A DNA stretch of 62,778 bases, counting the filler, from Rhabdomonas costata (taxonomy: Eukaryota), in assembly GCA_019059605.1 (NCBI GenBank). It is 32 parts of 32 records of this genome, joined end to end, with 100 filler letters (N's around TTAATTAATTAA, not from the genome) between each part and the next. Parts side by side here need not be neighbours in the genome. Positions count along the whole stretch, not along the records: positions 39,266 to 41,127 come from JAHMHO010008051.1; positions 41,228 to 43,088 come from JAHMHO010008052.1; positions 43,189 to 45,049 come from JAHMHO010008053.1; positions 45,150 to 47,011 come from JAHMHO010008054.1; positions 47,112 to 48,973 come from JAHMHO010008055.1; positions 49,074 to 50,935 come from JAHMHO010008056.1; positions 51,036 to 52,897 come from JAHMHO010008057.1; 25 more parts are not named here. One strand, given 5' to 3'. The position numbers were made by a program, and so were the translations under genes. Below are positions 39,276-51,602 of the stretch, one piece after another (positions within the stretch are counted from its first letter, which is position 1; every line of letters begins with the position of its first letter). Below the pieces are notes generated by a model. It was not told where the DNA came from. It searched no databases and saw nothing but the letters and a program-made list of their open reading frames with translations.

Positions 39276-41004
39276 GCCACCAGGTGGCGGAGTTCATGGC
39301 TGCCCAAACTTTGGTGAGGATCCTTCCCAGGTTCAGCGTCAGCCAGCCGCTGCGTTTTGTTCAGGTCTCCTCGTGTGTGGATGTGGGTGTGGGTGTTTGG
39401 TTTGGGATGTCCATTTTTGTTTTCATTTTTCGACGTAACCGCATTTCCAAAGGCCCGAGCGGGCACTTTTTGGGCGTTTTCAGGGCCCGTAGTAGGGCCG
39501 GCTGCCTAAAAGTGCCCACCGTAAGCTCCTTCGTTGGCTTGAAGGGCCGAGAGCGTGGGAGTTGCTCCGCTCCCCACGTTTCTTTTTTCGTGGTGGCTGC
39601 TTTTTCGTCTCAAGCACGCACGCGAGGCGAAAGGGGATGTCTTCAGCAGAAACAAAACCTGCACGGTCGCAGAGCATCACTTGGCCCGGTTTCTGTCCCC
39701 GGCCAACACTTAAGAATGGTACCGAATTGAAGCTCCGTGTTGTGGGAAGGGGAGAGGAGAAAAGAGGGATGTGTTGTATTACCTCTAATTACCTCAGCAT
39801 ATCCAAAATTGCCTGAGCACCACAGGGTTTTATTTTTTGGTTTCTTTACCAACGTTTCGTCTCTGGGGAAGTATGTTTGGCTCTACCACAGGGCTCCTAT
39901 GGCCCCTTTCGTGCAAACCGTGAGGCCGAGGTTCCCTTGTGGCTGGCTCTGCAGCTGAAGCGAATGGGGATGTATGATTGCAGCATCCTCACCCCCCACC
40001 CCGTTCCCGATCCTTTTCGTTCATTCGTTAATCCGTATTTTTGCTTGGTTGGCAACCACTGAAGAGTGTGGTCCACGAAATTGGGTGGGGCAAAAGGGAC
40101 GCTTCGGCCATTAGCTCCTGGCACCGGTGCGAACCCCCCGACCACGTGGTCTCCTTGCCGTTAACGGGGTGGGGGGTGGGAGCTGCAATGACCGCAGTGA
40201 ATTCTTTTTCTTCCTCCTTCCTTCTCTGCTACGGTGCAGCTGTGCGATCTACCCTCCGGAGTGGTTTGACGCTGGTGTTCTGCGGCAGAAGAGGGACGAG
40301 GAGAAAGCGCTGGGTGAGCCCCCGGCACCCCATTTCCTCTCTTCCTCCACAGCTCTCCAGAATGTTCGGCTGCGGCATTGCCTTTTTGATGCTGCTCAAC
40401 AGAAAGAAGCTCTTTTTGTGGACAGTTTTAGCAAAGGGCGTTTGCTCCCAAAGCGTGGTGCAGTGTCCGGAAAACCCTTCTCCCTCGCACCCCACACCGG
40501 AAAAAGGACTTCACTACAATATTGAAAGGTCACTCTTTGCACTGCAGTTGCTTGAAACTCGAAATATTTAAGGCAGTGGTCCCCGGTTGATGAACTGTGT
40601 GCTTCACACGAATACCGAAAAGTCAGAAAATCAGACCGATTTGTTTGCACCGGAAGCTCGTGATGACAACGGTTGTGTTGGTCGCTCCTCAGAAACCGAG
40701 TTTGTCGCTCTCCCATTTTACTTCATGGAGATCGCGAAGCTGCTGCTAACCGGGAACAATCTGGACCAGGCCAAGGAGCAGGTTGACGAGGTGTGAGCAC
40801 CTTCGGGCCTCTGTCTTCCTTTCCGTTTGTCCACTCAACTATTATTCATCACCCACCCACGTTTCTCTTTGTCGTCATCTGTTTTCCTTTTCCTTTGCAC
40901 GCCGATCCCAGCTGATAGCTCTGCTAAAGGACATCGCCAACATTCGCTCGGAGAAGATCAACCATGGGCTTCCTACCGTTCGGCACTATGTCACTGGAAT
41001 TAAG
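39276..41004 (+). CDS. PSF2: GINS complex subunit Psf2; exons 39276-39364, 39892-39971, 40240-40313, 40693-40790, 40912-41004
   Basis: EFMA..TLVRILPRF...GSYGPFRANREAEVPLWLALQLK...CAIYPPEWF...ALPFYFMEIAKLLL...LLKDIANIRSEKI are diagnostic Psf2 motifs; all junctions GT-AG and in frame. Confidence 0.96.
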
Positions 41005-41468
41005 GTCCTCCGTGTTCTTCCGTGAAAGAAAGCTTGAATGGATTTTGAGCTGGTCACCCTTCTCAGCAGTGGCGCCCGTGCACAGTGGCCGCAGATGGCA
41101 AAAGATAAATGCCCGCCTGTAGGGCAGNNNNNNNNNNNNNNNNNNNNNNNNNNNNNNNNNNNNNNNNNNNNTTAATTAATTAANNNNNNNNNNNNNNNNN
41201 NNNNNNNNNNNNNNNNNNNNNNNNNNNGTTGTTGTGGAGAAAGAGCAGTGCAAGTCCATCCAACGAACCACTTTCACTTGCATTACACGCTCGCCAGTTT
41301 TTGCAAAGGAAAAACCCCCAGTGAAGGATTTCTTTGACAGTATGCGAGGAGTTCATTAGTCCTAAATTTCCGAGGGTCGCCGCGCTGTTGCAGCAGCTCC
41401 TTAAACACGGTGTACATGTTCTCAGTTCAGTCATGCTGGTATCCAAGTCAACTCCGAAACCAGAATGC

Positions 41469-42117
41469 CTCGACAAGTACTCCTTAATATCTGTGCTCTT
41501 CGCATGTGGCACCGTATGATTAGCAGAAAACAGCACACGTCTTCTGGAGGAACTTTGCGAACAGCCCCGGGTAGAACGGCTCCACGCTGACATTGGCAGC
41601 CTTCAAGACTGCGCTGATGCTCTCCGCTAAGAACAAAGTCAAAACCGTTTTTCACAGAAAGGCCGAGCTTGCGATGCTTGGAACTGTGGATCCTGCGCAC
41701 GGAATGCACTGGCACACATAGTTGGGTGTGAAGGGAGAATGCACTGACGCACACATACCACACACTCTGCGCTGTTTAAATCTTTAAATAATTCATTCCA
41801 TTCCATTTCATTTGAACACCAAGAAGAACTTGAGTAGCACCTGATAATTGAAGCACATGCTGTGCAGTTGTTCTGCTGTTCTATGGTCGCAACCACGTCG
41901 GCGAACTAACGTAACCACGTCATTAGGAGCGCAGGTCAACAGCAAGAATGAACCCCACTGCAGGTTTGCCGAAGTCTAGCAGAAAATGTGCAATAGCAAA
42001 AGGGTAGGGGCTCTGCATCTCAGCGTAAGGCAAACCAGTGATCGCCTTGTCATCGTTGTGGAGCAGCAAACAGGCGTACGTGCAGGCCAGCTCATCTTGT
42101 TGTCCCTTGCTTGCCAT
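41469..42117 (-). CDS. RPLP1: 60S acidic ribosomal protein P1, 5' exons 42117-42036, 41626-41539, 41495-~41469
   Basis: ELACTYACLLLHNDDKAIT-AESISAVLKAANVSVEPFYPGLFAKFL matches P1 (ELAC.Y.ALIL.DD...T..KI..L.KAA.V.VEP.WP.LFAK.L). Confidence 0.95.
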
Positions 42118-44406
42118 TGAATGTGATAAGAGGAAAGAACCTGGTAAAAAGAACCATTTACGATAATTAATTTGTTATGTCAATGATGTTATGTTATCAT
42201 ATTATTATATTATTTGTTATGTTCTCAAGTTCGAATAAATAAGCGACAACAAACGTTATGACTCAGACTCAGTGGAGTGGAGTGGGGATTCCTTGTTTTG
42301 ACGTCAGGCTAAGAAATACTGTTGTCCCACTCTCTGGTAAAAACCCACAGCGACAGCCAGATTTTAGAAAAGTAGGAATCGAAGTGCCCAGCAGTCTTTA
42401 CCGAAGCCAAGTTCTTACGGCAACAGTGCCGCACGGGGAAAGGCGGTAAGATCGAAATGCCCCCTTCGGTTTTCTATTCTTCACAGCCAGACCGCCCCTT
42501 TTAACTCCTTTTGCACCCAACTGTCTCATCCACTTGTCCAAAATTTTCTTTCCTCAGTAAGTGGACCCGCCCGTGAGCATGGGGTGACAGTGACACAACG
42601 ATACCGCGATCTTGTGGGCTGCAGGCGGCCAGTTGCCGAAGCTTTTTTGACGTCGTCGTTCCCTGTACGTGGTAAGTGCAGTCATAAACCCTCCATGGCC
42701 CCACCCCCCTCGTTGTCATTCGTGGACCTCCCTCTTATTGCGTTTATTTTGTTATTACTCAACCCTGTTCCCGCCACATTTCCAACGTTTGATTTGTGTG
42801 GCACCTTCTGTTGCAATTGTTCCTTAAAAACGCCCTAAAGTGTCAGTTTAAAGAGGTTGGACAGGGATTTTCTTGTCTTCCTTTCTACAGGATTAAGTTA
42901 GCGAGCAAGTCACAGCAAGCAAGTCCAGTCAAAAGCGCCAATACACAAGCCGATTACTTCGAATAATTCGATAATCTAAGTATTGTTAGCATTATTGAAC
43001 CCCAGGCCTGCTTCGGCTCTCTCCGAAAACAGTCATCAGTCAATTACTAATCCTACTTTTGTTCGTTTTGACCAACCCCAAGCATTTGNNNNNNNNNNNN
43101 NNNNNNNNNNNNNNNNNNNNNNNNNNNNNNNNTTAATTAATTAANNNNNNNNNNNNNNNNNNNNNNNNNNNNNNNNNNNNNNNNNNNNATCATGTATGCT
43201 TAGGGGAGAGGGGGACAGCAAACAACAGCAAAGAATTACCCCATTTTTGCACCCCCACACACACGCAATACAATTGACCCGGGTCTGCTCCTACTTCGGC
43301 GGGTCTGCTCCTACTAATCTGAATTCAGGGCTATATGGACCAAAGTTTGCGTTGGGAAGACCACTCTCGGCTGAGTAGCAAACGGGGGTGAAAGTGTCCA
43401 AGGCGGAATTAAACGTCCATTGTCCACCTCCCACCGACAAAACAATGATTGGCGCGAAAACACAAAGCACAGCGGAATCAGTGCAAAAGGGGCATGGCAC
43501 AAGTCGCAGCACTACATGAAATTCAGACCCCCAATGCAAGCAGGAGGCGTCAGCGGGTGAGTGTGTCTGTGTGACTGTGGAGAGCACAGGAGAGAAGAGT
43601 CACGCAACAGAAGAAGCAAAGCAAAAAACCTCTCACGAGGGAGTAGCGCAGTGTGAATCCCTTCGCGAGACAAAGGAGAAATGAGGTGCGCTTGCAACAC
43701 ATCTGCAAAGGAGAAAAGGCGCTCACTTTCCGGTCAAAATGGCACCTTAGTTCTTCGGGGGACCCTCCTGTGAACACAAGTGCCGCAAAACAGACGGGCT
43801 ACGAGACAAGTACGGGCAGGACCTTCCAAGAAACCCAATCATAAAACTCGCCGCATTCGGAGACGACATGGCAGCTGTAAAACGTTCAACACTCAGGGAA
43901 GATAGCTCAACACAATCAAAGCACCAAGGGTACCACAATTTATTACAACTTGAAGTCGAATTGCATCGCATAGGTACATGGGGCGTAACCGAAAACGAAG
44001 AAAAACTGGCCAAAATCAAAAATATGCGGGCTTACAATATCCAGATCAACGTTGATGGCACTGGTAGTTCCCCAGGAATTGTGTCTTAAGACTGACCGGA
44101 CAACCAGCCATATAAAAGCTGTGATGAAGCTCTACCATACTTCTTCAGCGTAGCTCAGTTGGGGGGGGGGGGCGTTAGTGTTTTTTGCATGCAGCCTTGG
44201 CCGCCACCACAGACGTGGGACATCTGCTAAACTCCAGTCTGGAGAGATAACTGTCACTTCCACTTGCGCTCCTGAATTTCCGCCCCCTCGCAAATCGCAA
44301 CGAAACTGACAGCTGTCTGTATTCAGTCCAGGCTTCTTCTCTGGCTTTCAATAAAAGAAAAGGAATACAAATAACGAAGTTGACGTCTTTCTAGAGGGTA
44401 GACACC

Positions 44407-45049
44407 TCAGTTCAGCCCCAGCGCGGCGAGAAGGGCACGCCCAAGACGCACAAAGCGAGAGGACTCAGGAGAGGAGGCGGATGCGGGGGAGACCGGGGCA
44501 GTGGGAGCTGCCGTAGGGATGGGAGCCACGTTCAGCGAGAAGGAGTCCACCCAGCGCACGGGAAGGGGCAGCGCAGGGGTCACGGCGGTGTTCCACTCCA
44601 AAGGATACCTGTCACGGGCAGGCACCCACCTAGATCCTCCTACTTTCCAGGGTAAACCAAATTCGCCCCTGACAGACCCACCCGGCGGGGTGTAAAGAAG
44701 TTGCTAACGTAGAGTCGTGGTGCTAGGGCAGGTAATGGCAAAAAGACAAAAAACACAAGCACACGGATGCCCCTCACTGCATCGTCGTGAATCCTCAACC
44801 GCGTTCAATGGTGACTATGAAATGAGAGAACTGAGCGGTGATTGCTACTCAAAGGTGCGTTGCAACCGCTGGGCAGTTCTAAGCAGTGCAAATAAGACAC
44901 TAAGGATGGGGGAAGGCGCGTCAAACGCAGAGTTCAAGGCGCACCAGTACTGGAAGTCGTGGCCCTTCAGGCCGTCCGGGGCCGACGTCCACCGGTCCGC
45001 AGTGTACACGAAAGTATCCCCGAACTTGTAGATCGCGTTGTTCTGGGCG
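44407..45049 (-). CDS. Glycoside hydrolase family 43-like (GH43_24 galactanase-type) C-terminal exons 45049-44945 and 44608-44407
   Basis: AQNNAI...FVYTADRWTSAPDGLKGHDFQYWYPLEW...PVRWVDSFSLNV matches the last blade of GH43 beta-propellers (DRW...K.HD..YW.PL.F...W.D.F.L). Confidence 0.75.
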
Positions 45050-46104
45050 NNNNNNNNNNNNNNNNNNNNNNNNNNNNNNNNNNNNNNNNNNNNTTAATTA
45101 ATTAANNNNNNNNNNNNNNNNNNNNNNNNNNNNNNNNNNNNNNNNNNNNGAGATACTTAAGACGGCATGCCGTTGCTGAGTAGTATCAATCATCAACCAC
45201 TACAAAGGTTGACGCACTGATTGTAGACCACTGGTAGCAACTAATCATCTACCGGTAATTGCCAGTCGACATACAGCTGCGGATGTGATGCGGTTACTGT
45301 TTGAGCCCGCCTTGCCAAACCTGACGACCTGGACGGCCCTTTTTGGCGTGCTGTTTGTGCAAAACTTGCCTTTAGCCACGCAGTCTCCAGAACGTTCCGG
45401 TGAAAAGCTTCCGCACTATTGAGGCAAAATAAAATAGATTATGGCGAGGCTTTAGTGCTAGGTTTAATTGAGTTTCAACCGTCAATTTATTTATGAAGTC
45501 TACTTTAACTGATTTTGAATGCTCTGAGTCAGGTCATTGAAACTACAGCGTGACTGAGCTACATCGTTTTTCACTTGCGATGATGGTTGCGTCTGCGCCG
45601 GTTGCGATGCAACGTTATGGGTGTGTGTTAAACACCTTACGTCTGATGATTCAAATCAGAACAATTTCAACCAAACTACGGTCATCTTGAGCTGCAACAC
45701 TTCCAATGTGATGTACAATCGACCGAAGTGCGTTTGCTGTTTTGAACCCTCTGTACTCTTACTTGAGATACTGCCATGGCACCTGTCAAGAGATTCTGAC
45801 AGCAGTCCACACGTAGCCGATCCATCTCAAAAGCTTCTTAAGCCTTTGCTACAGTCTACTATATCTTTTTAGAGCCACTAAATGATGAAGGAGCACCAAT
45901 ATTTGCAATGTGGAAATAAAGAAACCGAAGCGTTTGAGGAAATCAAACTCATGAACAGAGTAGTTATTTTCTTCTGGGAGATTTTCCGATACCGGCGAGC
46001 AACAAGCTGTATGTTATTATCGTCTTTTTGTGACAGGTTTTCACCGAAAACACCTTCAGTATGTAGAATGAGCGGCTTGTAAAAATCTGCAACAATTAGT
46101 ACTG

Positions 46105-47011
46105 GTGCTTGTGAAGTCTGAAAAAGAAATGCTAGCATTGTTGGATTATTTGGAAGCATGGCTTCATTACCTAAGTGGTGCATATATACCGATAACTACG
46201 CACTCATGTACATACAAAAAAGCCACGCCATGCACCCAGAAGAGAAATACTACAGTAGTTCTCAATAAAGATCACAGAATACCTGTGAGACTTAACTCAG
46301 CAGCTAATGCGTTGTCTATAAAACACCAACGCCAATCTCCTATGATGGTCATCTATGCTAGACCATCCAGATGTAGCCCGCAGAAGACTGGATCAACTAA
46401 TGCAGTGACGACATAGAGTGTAGATCCACGTACTTTCATCCTGGCACCCTCGCACTAACGTTTGAGGGAGCATTCAGCTAACGGTTATGACGCGTGTGGG
46501 AATAAAACCGTATTGTTGTTGAAAAACTGCGTAGATCATTCAAAAGTATCATAATTTCACTGAATCATGACATTTGGGAATTCACGGGACAGTTTTCATG
46601 ATCAAAATTTGTTACATATTCACCAACATCAAGCAAAGCGAGTATATCAAAACGTGCCACCAGTGTCAACTGAGTAATGCAGAGCAACATCTACCACGTG
46701 GTAAACTGGAAGCTCTAAACGCAAGTGGCATTCTTTGTCAATGGAATGGACAATTGTGGACAAGTTCCGACTAAACATAACTATCATAACTGCTACGGAC
46801 AGTGGAACCAAGTGGTTTATGTGATCACAGCCAAAAATCACCACACCACTGAGATGACAGCAGCACAGTTTTTTTGTGCCGTCTCCAACGTGGATCATAT
46901 TTTCATGCGCACCTATTTGAAGACAGTGTGCAAACAACTGTACATCAAAATACTAGCTTCAACACCGCACCATTCACAGACTAAACACCAAGATGAAATT
47001 ACCACAACAAC
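46105..47011 (+). mobile_element. Decayed Ty3/gypsy pol remnant (RNase H + integrase)
   Basis: EKEMLALLDYLEAWLHYLSG (RNase H), NSAANALS (NxVADALS), YIKTCHQCQLSNAEQHLPRGKL (zinc finger), STPHHSQT (SxPYHPQT), in order, with stops and frameshifts. Confidence 0.85.
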
Positions 47012-47116
47012 NNNNNNNNNNNNNNNNNNNNNNNNNNNNNNNNNNNNNNNNNNNNTTAATTAATTAANNNNNNNNNNNNNNNNNNNNNNNNNNNNNNNNN
47101 NNNNNNNNNNNGTTGG

Positions 47117-47291
47117 GTTGTCTCTGTACACACTCCACGCTCCTCTCTGAACATTCCCTCCGTCTCCATCTGCCTCGAACCCCCTCGTACAGCCGAGCCC
47201 CTCTTCACGGCAAGGGAAGTCGGGTGGGAACGAGGCAGATGGAGACGGAGGGAATGTTCAGAGAGGAGCGTGGAGTGTGTACAGAGACAAC
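47117..47291. repeat. Perfect 61-bp inverted repeat with 53-nt spacer
   Basis: 47117-47177 is the exact reverse complement of 47231-47291. Confidence 0.95.
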
Positions 47292-49825
47292 ACAGCAAAC
47301 CCAAACAATAAAACAAAGATGGGGTGATTCGAAACCCGCCGGAACCGAAGGAAGCACGCTGAGCCGCCTGCACACAAAAAAGGCACAGGGCACAACGGTA
47401 AGAGTGCTGTGAGTGTCTAAGGACCAATTTAACAGCCACGCAGAGCACGGAACAAAGCTCAACGTATCGTACACACTGTTCCTTACTAGGGTTTTGGTTG
47501 AAATTACCTAAGGGTAGAGTCAACGAGGACTTCATTCTGGTCCGGGAGTGCCGGCACTTCGGGGTGCAGTGAACTGCTGGTTTGTTTGTTTCACTTTCAA
47601 CATACCATAATTAAACGTAAACCCAAAACCGAATCATCTCTCAAGAAGTATGTATCGCCAAAAGCTTGGGCCCAGATTGCAGGTCTGCAAAGGCACGAAA
47701 AATGCAAACCAAGGCCCTTGAACCTCGAAAGTTGAAAAAGGCCAAAAGAACAGGAAGAACCTTGCCGGGGGCTTTATTTTGAAGCCGAGAATTGGATGCC
47801 GGGGAGCGTCACCCAACACATCTCAGGATAACCACCATCGGACATGAGCCCGAACCAGTCTAGCTCGAGTGTTGAGGTCAAGGTTCGGTTCCCTCCAGTC
47901 CAGAAGTGACCATGGGGTAAGCCCATCTAACTGGAGTGCCCTTACCTACATACTTGAAAGGTGAGGAAAAGAAGTCGGCCACCTGTCCCAGCGATTGTGG
48001 GCCACTAGTTGACGGCCCCATTGCATTTCATGGGGGTCTGCACCTCTCCCTTCCTGCATACATCCAAAACCGTATATCACCGCAGCAAAAAAATCCAACA
48101 CAATGCCAAGACGCAGAGAGGGGATTGGCAAGCACGCAGAAACAAACACACCCTGCACACAAAGAAACACACAAACACACACTGCGTGCACACGTCATTG
48201 CTTTGGTGGACACAGAGAGAGAGGTAATAAGCTCCCCCCTCTTGGTCGACGCCAACACCCAACTCCCCCGAGCAAGCACCGAGTACCCAATGGGTCTCTT
48301 CGGGCCGCAGAAGAGTGGGGGCGTGGGTGAGGCGTGAGCCCAAGAGAGGGAGGAGTGGGTAGGTGTAGGTGTACGTGAAGGAGAGAGTTGTAGACGCACG
48401 GAAGATAGAAAGGGGTGCGAGGGGTGCAGAAGAGGAGGGCCGCACGGAGTGACTTGGGGGGTGCATGCCGTCCCCGCGGTTACCCTGAATGGCCCACACT
48501 CCACTATGTGCCCTCCACCCATACATACTGATCTGCGCCACCTCTCGGATTTCCGCCCAAGGTTCGCAGAGCAAAAAAATATATCCCACACACACAAACA
48601 CAAATGGATCGGTCTCTGATTGGAGGACAGGTAATGAAAGGAAGAAAGAGAGTACGTGGGTTACTTTTACAATGATTGGTGGTGTGTGTTTGTGTCCTTT
48701 GGGGGCCAAAAGGTTTTCGAACCCCGTCTCGCGAAAAAAAATAAAACCAAAGTGGCACACAGAGGGCCAAAAGGGTCATCACTCCCTTGACCGTCTGCGG
48801 TCAAAAAACAATTGCCTCAAAACTGTCCAGCGAGCAAAAAAGCACAATTCGTATCTGACGCGAACGGAGCAGAAAGAATCGTGATAGATGCTAGCAGTAT
48901 GAAGATGTCTGTCGCTGTGTTGTGTGCAAAACCAACGAGCAACGTAAAAAAGAAGAGAAGGAAACAAACAAACNNNNNNNNNNNNNNNNNNNNNNNNNNN
49001 NNNNNNNNNNNNNNNNNTTAATTAATTAANNNNNNNNNNNNNNNNNNNNNNNNNNNNNNNNNNNNNNNNNNNNTGTGTTGGGTGTGGGTGGGGGTGGTGT
49101 TGCACGCCCGACAGCTGAGTCACCTTGTGGTGCGGCCGCGGCCCCTCAGGGGCTCGCTCCGGGACCCAATGTCGGAGCAGTGGTGCCACTTCTTCGCCAT
49201 CCTGGGAATCTACGTTTTTGGGTAGCAGGCATCTTGCGGCGTAACCACTGCTTCATTGAAGCGAAGTGGATTTTCCGTCGTGTTGTTGGTTTTTTAAAAA
49301 AAAAATCTATCATCACGCACTCATTCACAAACACGCACACACTTTCACATTCGACAGCGATCCGTGCGACTGCTATCAGGCAACAATCAGCGCGCTATGC
49401 GTCCAACCACACGCACATGAACAGTCACAAACACAGTCACTCACAATACTCACAATGTCGTGCCAGATGGCAAGGCAGCAACAGCAGGAGCCCATTGCAT
49501 CCCATTTCATCCCATCCCATTCAATTCATGGCACTGGCAACAAAGTAGCTAGTTCCACAAGCAATCCACCACCAGCCTAGACAACCGATCACGCGCGAAG
49601 CCAAGGACCCATCCTTTCTTCAGAGACCCAAGTCACATCGATGATGCAACATATGGCAATACTTCGACTGCGGGCGTGGGAGATCAACACCTTGGGTCTT
49701 CAACGGGAGCATGCACCAGACCGGCCAGCTCGCAGGACGACATCAGAGAAGCGCTGTCTCTCACCCCGCCTCAAGCTCAACCAGATTCGCGCTCTCACTC
49801 TCTCGGCGTTCCTTTTTTCCATCAG

Positions 49826-50776
49826 ATGCTCTCGGATGCCCAGTTCTGCTCGCTCACCGCGGCCAACCTGGCGGACCTCTTGCCCAGCCACAGCTTCAGC
49901 CTGGTACGCTCCTTGGCGTACAGTGGCATGGCCAAGCTGGCTGCCCACCGACTCCTGCTGCGGCCTCTGTACGGGACCTATAGCGGTGCCGCGCGCAGGG
50001 CAGCCTTCACAGGTGCGGGGAACCTGTGCGTTTTCCAAAGGACCCTAAAATGGGTTCAGAGTAGTCCAACGATATTGTGGTGTGGGATGACGGTATTGGA
50101 GGGGAGCTGCGGTTGTTACACAACCGCCTCCATTCACAGAGCAGAGAAAATAGGAATATGTTAAACGAAAAGGACACAAAGCTAAGGCGTACAGCACGCA
50201 GTGTAAAGAAAGGCGTGAAAAAGACGCAGTAAAGTTCAAATTAGGAAAAAGGAGGGGGGCGGTGGTTGATGGTTAATTTGCTTGAGATACCTCTGCAACG
50301 TGGGTTGGCTCATTTGAGCGGGGGCTCTTGTGACCCAAGGAGGCCCTTAGCTTGCAGTGTGAACCCGCTAAAACCGGTTGCACGTTCAGGACAGGAAGGT
50401 GGCCGAGGAGGCTCCCTGGATTCGACGACTGCAAGCCTCACTGGGTAACCCGTGGTTGCCACGCTTTTTTGACTTTTTTGACGTGGGGCATCCAAAGTGA
50501 CCTTATTATTGTTACTGGCATTACCATTCATCCATCCAAACACCTTTTCCTTGCCATCTTGCTTTCTCACCCCTCTTTTCCCAGCCTCGGCTGAAGCCCG
50601 GGTGCTCGCCGTGGTTGGGCAGGAGTGGCTGTGCCAGCGCGTGCCCTGCAGCACGATCCCTGAGGCCTGGGCTCGATTGCAGCCCTCGCTACAGGACGAC
50701 TTCGAGGCCTGGATAGAGCTTAGCCTGCTGGCAAGTCTGCAAGCCGGACTGGAGGGCAAGCTGCCCGATGCCCGAG
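49826..50776 (+). CDS. Hypothetical protein, two clear exons (49826-50012, 50585-50776)
   Basis: GC3-rich blocks with pyrimidine-AG acceptors and G|GT phase-1 donors; no family recognised. Confidence 0.6.
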
Positions 50777-51082
50777 GTTCTTGCTGTGCTGTGCTGTGTG
50801 GTAAGGCAGGGAAGAATAAGTAGGCTGCGAGGCGCAGAGGAGACAGAGAATGGGGTGAGGCCCGATGGGCCCATGCCACATCGAAAGTTGGGAGCCCAGG
50901 GGGAAGGGGACGTAGAGTCCTCCTCAAAAAAAACANNNNNNNNNNNNNNNNNNNNNNNNNNNNNNNNNNNNNNNNNNNNTTAATTAATTAANNNNNNNNN
51001 NNNNNNNNNNNNNNNNNNNNNNNNNNNNNNNNNNNTTTTTTTTGCTATTCTTGCTTCTGAGACGCGCTTGGCTTCGTCAACC

Positions 51083-51602
51083 ATGGCCTCCGTTGCATCT
51101 AACCGTAATCCTCTCCTTCACCTGACAGGTTGGTGTTGTGGTTGGTGTTGTGATCCTATCTCCTGACTCCGTTTCAGTGTATGTCTGGGTACAAGCTGTC
51201 TCCGAGGGTGGAAGCTGGGAGCGTTACCACCCTCGGTTCCAGCACCTCTCCCACTGCGTGCCCTACATTGACCAGGAGAAGGAGGACGACTTGGACTTGG
51301 CTGACCCCCCTCCCGTCCCTATGGAGGACGACGACGACAGCGATGCCGCGGAGGTCCGCTGTATTTCCTTCCTCCCCAGTTGCATTGTTGCAGTCATTGA
51401 GGTTTTTATTACAGCGAGCGTTGTGCCAGCGATTGGCTATCCTTGCCATTCTTTGCAGGAGATCGACCCATTCACTGTGGAGACCAAGCTTGTGCCCCAC
51501 CTTGGGCTGCTGCAGGCACATCCCAAGTTTGACCACAACGCTCCTTCTGAGGAAAAAATAGTGCCGTTTGTCGGTGACCCCGTTGAACATACCTTGCTGT
51601 AA
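51083..51602 (+). CDS. Complete small acidic protein, 115 aa; exons 51083-51128, 51196-51353, 51459-51602
   Basis: ATG to TAA in frame across two GT-AG introns (46+158+144 nt); central DLADPPPVPMEDDDDSD. Confidence 0.7.

Noticed and set aside
41627..42035. Intronic snoRNA expected in a ribosomal protein intron
   Set aside because: No convincing C (RTGATGA) and D (CTGA) box pair with terminal stem, and no H/ACA layout, found by eye.
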